From the NCBI GenBank assembly GCA_014905635.1, contig JABVCE010000009.1:1178001-1242000 (forward strand): a stretch of 64,000 nt of DNA, written 5' to 3'. The DNA is from Scenedesmus sp. PABB004 (lineage: Eukaryota). The notes beneath the pieces are model-generated. The model saw nothing but the letters and a program-made list of their open reading frames with translations. It was not told the origin of the DNA and ran no database searches. Position numbers and translations under genes: made by a program. Positions 25,127 to 34,966 of the stretch are shown in pieces (within the stretch, counting starts at the first letter, position 1; each line of letters opens with the position of its first letter).

Positions 25127-26251
25127 CGAGGGCGGCCGACGACGAGGCGCACGTGCCGCGAGGCACGCTGGGCGCGGCGGCCTGGCAGCGGCGGCGAGCG
25201 AGCGCGCGGGGCGAGGCGTGGGCCCGAGTAACAGCGCGGCTCTGACCTGCAAATCTGGCGCGCTGCGGCCGCCGCGGGCTCAGCGCGGGACCCAGCGCTG
25301 TCGAGCGCCAGCGCTCGGCACGCCGCCGGCACACCAGCTGTCACCGACGGCTGCTGCAGCAGCCGTAACCAGCTGGTTACAGCAGCCCACGCGCCATCCT
25401 GCAGCGCGCCATCCTGCGGCGAGCGCCCGTGTGCACGGCCCCGCCGCAGTCACCGCGCCGGACAGCTGCTGGCTAGAACAAACCATCCTGCGGCCGCAAC
25501 GGACAACGAACTGGGACGACGCCATACATGCGCTCGCTGGCGAGAGCCCGTGCACGGCCCTGCCGCTGTCTTCGCGCCTGGCGGCCACTGGCTACAGCAG
25601 CCCACGCGCCATCCTGCCGCCGCCCGCACCTCCTGCCCTGGTGCCCAACCAATCAGTCAATGAATCCACCCAGCAATTGACAGAATCTGTCAGTCATTCG
25701 ACGCTGCGTCGCGCTGCGCCGCCCGTCTGCGTGCGGGCTCAGCACACGCTGCCCGACAGCTGCCCCCGCAGGCCGTACCACCAGTGCTTGGCGGGCAGGC
25801 CCTCGGGCTTGCGGCTGGCCAGGAAGCTGCCCTCGCCGTCCACGCCGCGCATGCCCTCGTCCAGCACCTCCAGCTCCCTGCGGCGCGGCGCAGCGACGTG
25901 GCAGGTCGGCCGTGACGCGCGCGGGCGCTCGGCGCGTCGCGCTGCGCCGCCCCCGCCTGCGCCGTGCGCGCCTGAGCAGGTTGTTGGTCACGCTCGGGCA
26001 GACGCCCAGCTCCAGGCCCAGGTGCAGGTCCAGCAGGAACTGGGGAGGGCGGCGCGCGCGGGTCAGGCGCAGGCGCGCGGGGCTGCGCAGGGCCGCGCTC
26101 CGTGGCGGCGCACCTGGATGGCGCTGCGGCGCCAGAGCACCTCTGGCCAGCTGGTGAAGCCGCTGCCCCACATGTCCCAGTCGCGCAGCAGGTCCTGGCT
26201 GCGCTTCACAAACTGCACCACCGCCTGCGCGCGGGACAGCGCGGCGGTGAC
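24649..26251 (+). repeat. Source segment of the circularly permuted duplication, bounded by direct repeats GCGGCGGTGAC
   Basis: GCGGCGGTGAC at 24649-24659 and 26241-26251; the whole interval recurs, inverted and permuted, at 27569-29194. Confidence 0.9.
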
Positions 26252-27514
26252 CGGGCCAGCTCGTGCGGCGCTGCCGCGCGCAGCTGCCTGGCGGGCGCGC
26301 CTGCTGCCGCGCCGCCGCCACCGCGCCGCTGTCGCGGAGGCCGCGCGCGCCACACACCTCGGGCTTGTTGACCAGCCACCACGCCATGTCGCGCTTGACC
26401 AGGCCCATCTCCCGCGCCATCGCCGCGAGCGCGCGCTCGCTCGTGCAGCGCTGCCGCCACAGGCACAGGCTGAACAGCAGCTGCGGCGGCGACGGCGGCA
26501 GCACGGCGCGTCGGCCGGCGCCGCGCTGGGCCGGCGGCAGGGCCGCCACACTCCGCACTCCGCGCCGCCGCGCCCACCCTGCGCCGCCGCCGCGGCGCCG
26601 CACCTGCATGACCTGGTCGAAGAGCATGCCGGGGATGCTGGCGTAGGGCCGGGACGCAAAGCCGTACACGTTTGGCTTCGCTGGGCTGCCGTGCGGCCCG
26701 CCCGCCGTTCCGGGCAGGCTCGCCGAGTTGACGCGCAGCTCGCGGCCCGCCGCGCTCGCGGTCAGCGCGTGCGCCCGGTCCACGCACGTCACGAACGCCG
26801 GCGGCAGCGTCGCGCGGTGCCTGCGGCGCAGCGCGCGGGGCGCGGCTCGGCGGCGCGCCGTGCCGCGCGGGCACAGGGCGGCGCGGCCACGCCGCGCCGC
26901 GCCGCGCTGCGCTCGGCGCCGGCCGCGCGGCCGTCCGCACCGGTAGAGCTGCTGCCAGCAGCCGCCGTGATGCTCCTCCGTGCTGTTGGGCCAGCTGCGG
27001 CGGGGCGGCGGCGGCCGCGTCGGTCGCGAACGCGAGCGGCGGCAAGCGCCGCAGCGGAGGCGCAGCGCCGCGCCGCGCCTCACCGCGCCAGCGCCAGCGC
27101 CTGCCACAGCGCCTGCTCGCTCGCCACCAGGCGCAGGCGCCGGTCCTGCGGGCGTGCGGCGGCACGGTGCGCGCGGGCGTTGCTCGGGGCCCGAAACAGC
27201 AGCATGCGCTCGCGAGGACGCAGCGCCGCGCCCGCGCCAATCCGCGCGCCCGCGCCGCGTCCGCGACGGCGCAGTGCCGTTCCGGTGCGCCCAAGCCCAG
27301 CGCGTCGCACCTGCACGCAGAGCTTGGCCAGCTCGGGCCCCTCGAGCTGCCTGGCGGGCGCGCGCGGCGCAGCGGCCGCGTGAGCGGCGCGCGGGCGGCG
27401 CACGCGGACGTGTCTCGTCGCCTGTTCACACCTGAGGATCGAGAGCAGCACGGGCTCGTCGAAGTCGCTCAGCGACAGCGGCGGCGGCGCGTCGGCGGGC
27501 TCGGCGGGCGCCAT
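25739..27514 (-). CDS. F-box-like protein (multi-exon)
   Basis: LSLSDFDEPVLLSILR|QLEGPELAKLCVQ|DRRLRLVASEQALWQALALAR|W...CWQQLY fits the F-box pattern; spliced frame ends GQLSGSVC*. Confidence 0.7.
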
Positions 27515-27743
27515 CGCTGCGCGTGCGAGGGCCGTTCCCGCGTCCTGGGATGCGCGCCGCGCTTTTTCACAGCTCTGGGTCCCGCGCTGCGCCCGCCGCG
27601 GCCGCAGCGCGCCGGATTTTGCACGGTCAGAGCCGCGCTGTTACTCGGACCCACGCCTCGCCCTGCGCTCGCTCGCCGCCGCTGCCAGGCCGCCGCGCCC
27701 AGCGTGCCTCGCGGCACGCGCGCCTCGTCGTCGGCTGCCCTCG

Positions 27744-28096
27744 TCACGCGGCGATGCCGAACACGGTGTGGTGGCGGTGGTTGGCCTCGGTCGTCTCGAC
27801 CGACGCGAAGCCGCCGACCCGCAGCGCCGCCTCAAGGTCGAAGCTGCGCGCGGGCGCGGGCGCGGCGGTGCGGGCGTCGGCCCCCCGCGCGGCGCGGGGC
27901 AAGGGCGCGCGCGCGGGCGCAGCGCGGCGCGGCGCGCGGCGCGGCACGGCGCGGCGGCGCGCGTGCGGATGGTGGGCCCGCATCATGCGCGGCGTCGCGC
28001 CGGCGCGTCATTCGCCTGTAGTATTCATCGCTCCACGGTTCAGTGCTCTTCATGAGCGTGAAGAGCAGCGGCGGCAGGTTCTGGATCGTCCTCGAC
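27744..28096 (-). pseudogene. Duplicated last two exons of the methyltransferase
   Basis: SRTIQNLPPLLFTLMKSTEPWSDEYY|SFDLEAALRVGGFASVETTEANHRHHTVFGIAA* (parent has ADHRHRT); no 5' exons. Confidence 0.85.
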
Positions 28097-28248
28097 CTGC
28101 GCGGCGCGTGGAGGCGGGAAGGGACGATTGAGGGGGCAACACGGGGGCAGGGGCGTGAGCGCGCGCGCCGCGGCCGCCGCGACCGCGACCGCGACCGCGG
28201 GCCCGCCGCCCGGTCACCGCCGCCGCCGTCGCGACGTCCCGTGCGCAG

Positions 28249-28751
28249 GAGGTGGTGCAGTTTGTGAAGCGCAGCCAGGACCTGCTGCGCGACTGGGACA
28301 TGTGGGGCAGCGGCTTCACCAGCTGGCCAGAGGTGCTCTGGCGCCGCAGCGCCATCCAGGTGCGCCGCCACGGAGCGCGGCCCTGCGCAGCCCCGCGCGC
28401 CTGCGCCTGACCCGCGCGCGCCGCCCTCCCCAGTTCCTGCTGGACCTGCACCTGGGCCTGGAGCTGGGCGTCTGCCCGAGCGTGACCAACAACCTGCTCA
28501 GGCGCGCACGGCGCAGGCGGGGGGCGGCGCAGGCGGGGGGCGGCGCAGCGCGACGCGCCGAGCGCCCGCGCGCGTCACGGCCGACCTGCCACGTCGCTGC
28601 GCCGCGCCGCAGGGAGCTGGAGGTGCTGGACGAGGGCATGCGCGGCGTGGACGGCGAGGGCAGCTTCCTGGCCAGCCGCAAGCCCGAGGGCCTGCCCGCC
28701 AAGCACTGGTGGTACGGCCTGCGGGGGCAGCTGTCGGGCAGCGTGTGCTGA
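28249..28751 (+). pseudogene. Duplicated last three exons of the F-box gene
   Basis: EVVQFVKRSQDLL...|FLLDLHLG...|RELEVLDEG...GQLSGSVC*; splice sites retained, no 5' exons. Confidence 0.85.
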
Positions 28752-29411
28752 GCCCGCACGCAGACGGGCGGCGCAGCGCGACGCAGCGTCGAATGACTGA
28801 CAGATTCTGTCAATTGCTGGGTGGATTCATTGACTGATTGGTTGGGCACCAGGGCAGGAGGTGCGGGCGGCGGCAGGATGGCGCGTGGGCTGCTGTAGCC
28901 AGCGGCCGCCAGGCGCGATGACAGCGGCGGGGCCGTGCACGGGCCCTCGCCAGCGAGCGCATGTATGGCGTCGTCCCAGTTCGTTGTCCGCGGCGGCCGC
29001 AGGATGGGTTGTTCTAGCCAGCAGCTGTCCGGCGCGGTGACTGCGGCGGGGCCGTGCACGCGGGCGCTCGCCGCAGGATGGCGCGCTGCAGGATGGCGCG
29101 TGGGCTGCTGTAACCAGCTGGTTACGGCTGCTGCAGCAGCCGTCGGTGACAGCTGGTGTGCCGGCGGCGTGCCGAGCGCTGGCGCTCGACAGCTGCGGGC
29201 GGCGCGAGTTCGAACCACTGGAGCCCTGCGCCCCGGGGCTCAGCTGCGCGCCAGCGCTCCCGGCTCTACCGACCCGTCCCTCACATCCACCTTCGCTTGT
29301 GGCAACCGCCGTCAGCCTGAGCGCCGCCGCTGCGGAGGAGAGCAGCGCAGCGCTCACGGCGACGCGCGTGCCGCCGGCCCGTCCAGGGCGCGTGCGGTCC
29401 AGGCCGCACGC

Positions 29412-30759
29412 ATGACGGACGCACTTGCCGTGACGGATGCCGTGGCGAACCCGGCGGAGGCGATCCGCCAGCGCCTGCAGGCGCGCCAGGACGCTCGCAT
29501 CAGCGAGCGGCAGCAGCGCCAGGCGGCGCTGGGCGCCCAGGCGGACCCGCGGGAGGACGTGAGCGACTTCCTGGCGGGCTTCTCCGCCGACCACGCTCGC
29601 CTGGCAGCCCGCAGCGAGGCGCTGGCGGCGGCGGCGGCGGCGGGCGGGGAGCAGCAGACAGCGGCGGACCGCGCCGGCCTGCTGAGCTCACTCGACGCGC
29701 TGGCGGCCGACGTCGCGTCCCTGGAGGCCGGCACCGCGGCGTCTGCGTACTTCCTTCCTCCCTACGAGCTGCGCGCAGCGTCGGCGGCGGCGGCCGAGCT
29801 GCGCGCGCGCGTCGCGGGCGCCAAGGCCGCACTCGCGCCCAAGCGGCGCTTCGCGTTCGCCAAGGCCGACGTGCGGCGCAGCGCGTCCGCAGCGCCCGGC
29901 GCGCCCGCAGCGCAGGAGGCGGCGGCGCCCGACGTGCAGCCGCCCGACCAGGCGGCGCCGGGCGCCGGCGCCGGCGCCGGCGCGGCCGGCTGTGCGCCGC
30001 CGCTGAGCGCGCAGGACCAGGCCCTCGTTGCGTCGGGCCGGGGCCTCGCGGGCCTGCGCGGGCGGCGCGTTGTGCTGCGCGGCGCGGCGCTCGGCGGCGC
30101 GTTTGTGCTGCACGACCTGCAGGACTGCGCGGTGGTGCTGCTCGGCCCGCTCTCAGCGCTGCGGCTGCAGGCGCTGCGCGACTGCACCGTGGCCGCCGGC
30201 CCCGTCGCGGGCGCAACGTTTGTCAGTGGTGCAGAGGGCTGCACCCTCATGCTCGCGTCGCACCAGGTGTGCGGCGGCAGGGCTCGCGGGGCAGCGGCGC
30301 ACCCACCGCGGCCGGCTGCCGGGAGCCGCCGCGCTCTCGCGCGCGGCGCCGCTCATGCCGCCGCCGCCGCCGCCGCCGCGTCAGGTGCGCATCCACGACG
30401 CCGTGGGCTGCGACTTTTACCTGCGGGTGCGCAGCCGGCCAATCATAGAGCACAGCACGGGCCTGCGCTTTGCGCCGTACGACGGCGCGGCGGCGCTGCA
30501 GCTGGCGCTGGAGCAGCCGCCGGAGCAGGCGCAGGAGCGGTTGGGGCAAGAGCAGCCGCGCGAGCAGCTGCAGGAGCTGCTGCAGCAGCAGGAGGCCTGG
30601 CTCGCGGGCGCGGCGCTGGGCGTCCCGAACGAGCTGTGGCGCTGCGTCGACGACTTTGGGTGGGTCAAGGCCTCGCAGTCGCCCCACTGGGCGGTGCTTC
30701 CGGAGGCCGAGCGCCGCCCGCCGCCGCCGCGCGCGGGGCTGCTGGCGGCGGGGCGCTGA
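29412..30759 (+). CDS. TBCC: Tubulin-folding cofactor C (2 exons)
   Basis: AYFLPPYELR, LAPKRRFAF, C-CAP beta-helix GPVAGATFV...LASHQ|VRIHDAVGCDFYLRVRSRPIIEHS...FAPY, VDDFGWVKASQSPHW. Confidence 0.93.
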
Positions 30760-30942
30760 GCCGGGCGAGCGAGCGCGTGCGCGTGGCCGTCTGTTACACA
30801 CGGCAATCGCCGCAGCGCGTCCGTCGCAGCGCCGGCCGGCCCGCCCGCCCGCCCAGGCGCGAGCCCGCGCAAGGCCCCCCACCAGCGCCCGCCCAGCTCG
30901 CCCCCTGATGTTGCTACAATGCAGGCGCCGCCGCCGCCCGCC

Positions 30943-31760
30943 TCACGCGGACGGGGGTGCCTGCGTGCCGCAGCTCCCGAGCGACGCGAGCACCGCCTCG
31001 GGCTGCGGCCACGCGCCGGTGTTGAGCCGGCTGTGCAGCAGCTGCCCGCCCGCGGCGCGGACCTCGAACGAGCCGCGCCGCCCCGGGCCGTCGCTGTTGC
31101 CCTCCACCACCACGTTGGGGAAGGCCGCCTCTATCGCGTCAGCGAGCTCAATGAACCTGCGCCGCGGCGCCGCCAGCGCGGCGCGGCGTCTGCGTCGGCG
31201 CCCCGCCGCCGCCCTCTCTGCCGCGGCCGCCCGCCGACGCGCCACCGCCGCCGCCGCTGCGGCCAGCCCCTGCCCGCCGCCGTCGCTGCCGCCGCCGCCG
31301 GCGCCGCACCGGTCCACCTCCTCGTCGTCGTACTCCACGACCACGACGTCGGGCTGCGGCCCGCCGAGCGTGGGGCAGTCGCACTGGCTGTAGTGCCGCG
31401 CCAGCTGCCACGCGCCGCCGCTACCGGGCGCCGGCGCCCAGGGCCGGCCGCCGCCGAGCAGCTGCCAGGCCGCCGCAGCGTGCTGCTGCGCCGCCAGCGC
31501 CGCGACGCTGCTCAGGCCTGCGCGGCGGCGGGGAGCGGGGCAGCGCGGGGTCCGCGCCGCACGCTCCGCAGCAGGCAGGGCGCGTACTGCGCGCCCCCGT
31601 GGCCCGCAAGCGCGGGAATGCGCGCCCTGGCACGCGCACCAGCGGCCTGCTGTGCCGCGCCACTGCTGCCCGCTCCAGCGAGCCCGCCCGCGCCCGGCGC
31701 GGCCTCCAGCTGCGCCAGGGAGCGGGACAGCGGGCTCAGGGCGCGACGCACGGCCTGCAT
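30943..31760 (-). CDS. Rdx family (SelT/SelW/SelH-like) thioredoxin-fold protein lacking the CxxC/U motif; organelle-targeted
   Basis: VVVEYDDEEVD..RFIELADAIEAAFPNVVVEGN..GRRGSFEV....LLHSRLNTGAWP; presequence-like N-terminus. Confidence 0.75.
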
Positions 31761-32020
31761 GGCTGCCGCGTCCAGCGGCGACGGCGGGGACGGGAGAGAG
31801 CTGCGCGCGAGAGCTACTACGACGGGCTGAGGCTGCGCGGCTTGTGCCTGTGGTGGCGTGGAGGTTGCGGCAGTGAGGCGCGCGACCTGGCAGCGCTGCG
31901 GGCGTGCGGCGCGCGCGGCGGCGCAACGCGACGCCTCCTGGTGTGGTCGCGCCGGCCGTCCGCGCTGCTAGTTCGCGCTCCATCGGCCACGCCTGCTCAG
32001 TCGCGCCACGCATGACGCGC

Positions 32021-34258
32021 ATGGCGGACGCGGACGGCATGGTCGCCAGCGCCGCCAACGCAGGCAGCGCCGGCGCGCCGGGCTCGGGCTTCAGCGAGGC
32101 CGTGGGCGATCTCTACGTGCTGGCTGCCTTTGGCGGCGCGCCGGGCGAGGCGTTCCCGCAGCCAGACGACGACTACGAGCAGGCGCGGGCGCCGCCGCGC
32201 GCCGCTGCCGCCGGCTGCGGCGCCACCGCGCACGGGCCCGGAGCGAGCCGCCCTGCCCGGCGCGGCCGCAGTTTGACGTCACCGCCGCCGCCGGCGCCGG
32301 CACCGGCAGCGGCCGGCCGGCGGCGCGGCGGCGCGAGCGGCTCGCCGCGCTGCGCGAGCGCGTCGTGGCGGCGGTGACCGACCCGCGCCGCATGCTGCTG
32401 CGCGACAAGCTGGCCTTTGTGCTGGGCGTGGTGCAGCTGTGGTGCGCGGGGCGGCGGCGACAGAGGCGGCAGAGGGGGGCGGCCACGCGGCACGTCCGCG
32501 GCCGCTGCGCGCTGCCCGCGGCGTCGACGCGCGGCGCCGCGCGCCCGACAGGTCGGTCGCCTTCTGGCTCGGCCGGTCGCCGGCGACGCTGTACAAGCCG
32601 TACACCGCCGCGGTGCTGGTGCTCGGGACGGGTGCGGCGGCGCGGCGCGGCGTGCGCCGTGCGCTTGGCGCCGCACCCACGCCCCATGCGACGCACCCAC
32701 GCGGCACGCTGCCGGCGCCGCTGCCGGCGCCGCCAGTGCGCTATGTCCTCTATCGCTCCCGCCGCTGGTGGGGCGCCGCGCCGCGCGAGGGCAGGCACCT
32801 GCCCGCCCGCCTGCCTGGCTCCGCCCGCGCCGCCCGCGCCGCCCGCCTGCCGCGCACGGGGCGCGCCGGCGCGCCCCCGTACATACACGCCGCACGCCTG
32901 CACGCAGGCACTATTACCTGATTGACCTGTGCTACGTCGCCAACCTCTGGCTGCTGGGCCACCTCTGGCTCGCCCCGCGCAGCGCCGTCGCGGCCAAGGC
33001 GCGCGCCGCCGCCGGCGCCGCCGCCGGCGACGCGGCGCGTGCGGCACGCCGCGCCCGTGCGCGCTCGACCGCCCTCGACCCCCTGTGACACCCCCCCCCC
33101 CCGCGCGCGCGCCTGCAGGTGACGTTTGCGTTTGACACCGGCCCGCTCGCCTGGTCGGTGCTCGCATTCCGAAACTCCCTCGTGCTGCACGACCTCGACA
33201 AGGTCTGCCAAGCGCCGCCGGCGGCGCGCGCGACGGACCGCCGCCTCCCGTGCCGCCGCGCCCTGCAGGCGCCAGCCGGCGAGCCGCTGGCGCGCCGCGC
33301 CGCGCCCGCGGGCGCCTGCAGGTGACCAGCGTGTTCCTGCACATCGCGCCAGCGCTCGTGAGCTGGACGCTGCGGTGGCACCCCGACACGGCGCGCTTCG
33401 GCCCGCCGCCCGGCGCGCCGCCTGAGGACGTGTGAGCGCCGGCACGGGGCCGCCGGGGCGGGGCCGCCAGCGCGCCGCCGCTGTGCAGCCCGCGCGCATG
33501 CAGCCTGCGACCGCCCACGCCGGCGCGCCGCCGCGCAGGGAGGCGTGGGCGGCGGGGCCCGCGTGGGCGCTGGTGGGCCTGCCGCTGCTGCCGTACGTGG
33601 CGTGGGGCGGCGCCTACTGGCTCATCATCTTTGTGCTGTGCGCGCGCCGCATACGGTGACTGGGCGACGCCACAGCCGCACACGGCGCCTGCCGCAGCCC
33701 AGCCGCCGCGCGGCGCGCGGGGGCGGGGCCTAGGCCGGCGCGGGCGCGGGCACGCGCGCGCGCACGTGCGCCGCCCGCCGCGGCGCCCGCGGGCGCAGGG
33801 CGCGCCAGTATGCGACCCTGTTTGACTATGTGAGCGACACCAACAAGCGCGGCGCCTACGCGGCGATCGCGCGCGCGGTGCCGCCGCGCCTGCGCCCCGC
33901 GGTGCGCGCAGCGGGCGGCCGCGCGCCTGGGCGTCGATTGCCCTGGCCAGCTGCCCGCCCGCGCGCGCCGGCTCGGCCTGAACGCAACACGGCCCGCGCG
34001 CAGGTGTACCAGGCGCTGCACATGTGCTTCTGCGTCGCCACGTTTGTGGTCGCGTGGGCGTGCTGGCACTCATTTGCGCTGCACACCGTGCTCCTGGCCG
34101 CCGTGGGCGCCGCGAGCGTGTGGCACGGCGCAAACTACTACTTCACCGTCTTCGCCAGCCGATACCTCGCCAGCGTGGCCGCGGCGCAGGCGGCTGCGGC
34201 CGCGCAGCCGCCGCCGGAGCGGCCAGCGACCGAGCGCGGCGCCGGTCAGCCGGACTGA
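32021..34258 (+). CDS. GPC1: Glycerophosphocholine acyltransferase (GPC1/GPCAT, DUF2838)
   Basis: DKLAFVLGV, HYYLIDLCYVAN, GPLAWSVLAFRNSLVLHDLDK|VTSVFLHIAP, TLFDY, VWHGANYY. Confidence 0.9.
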
Positions 34259-34966
34259 CCCTCGGGCGGCGTGCCGCCCGGCGCGCTCAGCCCAGCAGTC
34301 TCTGGGCCCCGGCGGCCCAGGGCCGGGCTCGCGCGGGCTGCGCGGTCGCGCCGCCGGCGTGCGTGCGCGTGCGTGCCGCGCCGCCGGCCGCTGCCGCGGC
34401 CGCGAGCGCCCCGCGCACGCTCGCACGCGCCGTTGGCCGCGCCGCGTGTAGCGCGTGGCGGTTGGGGGCAGCCTGCAGCGGCCCGCAGGCCGGGTCGCAC
34501 ATGCGCGGCGGGTTCGCACCCGAGGTAATCGGGCAGCCCGGCACGCCGCGTGCGCTGCCGCGACCCCGCAGGCGGCGGCCCACATCGGCCGCGACCTCCA
34601 GGCGAGCCCGCGCCGGCGCGGGGCGCCCTGGCGCGGGGGTCAATGCGGCGGGCAGCCCGGTTGGGCCACGCGGCGGCCGCCGCACGTCGCGCCGCCCCGC
34701 GGGGCGATGCGATCATCCGCTGGCCACCCGTCCTGGCGCGCGCGCGCCGCGCGTCGCCGGTGTCGCAGGGTCTGGGGGCGGGCTGAGACGCGCTCGGCCT
34801 ACGCGCCTGCGAGCCGCGCACCCCCAACCCCGCCGCCCAGTCCGACGGCACCCGAGACCCGGCAGCGACGGCCGCGGCGCGCGCAGCGCCCAATTCGCAA
34901 CACTCGCCCGGCAGCGGGCGCCCGCGCCTGCAGCGGCCCCACCCGGGCCCCCGGCCGGCGGGCGCG

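Larger units (their letters stand above)
27569..29194 (-). repeat. Inverted, circularly permuted copy of 24649-26251, flanked by ACAGCT direct repeats
   Basis: 27569-~28228 = revcomp(24649-25301); ~28212-29194 = revcomp(25297-26251); scattered substitutions and small indels; ACAGCT at 27569-27574 and 29189-29194. Confidence 0.92.

Noticed and set aside
1492..27514. SKP1, an F-box gene and (at the window end) a UBC-like gene as a ubiquitin cluster
   Set aside because: They are tens of kb apart with unrelated genes between; F-box genes are common
27569..29194. The duplicate as a transposon (Pack-MULE, Helitron or MITE)
   Set aside because: No terminal inverted repeats, transposase or Helitron-type ends; the entire insert is accounted for by the local source sequence
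30943..31760. Selenocysteine readthrough or SECIS
   Set aside because: No in-frame TGA at the redox position, and no SECIS that I could support
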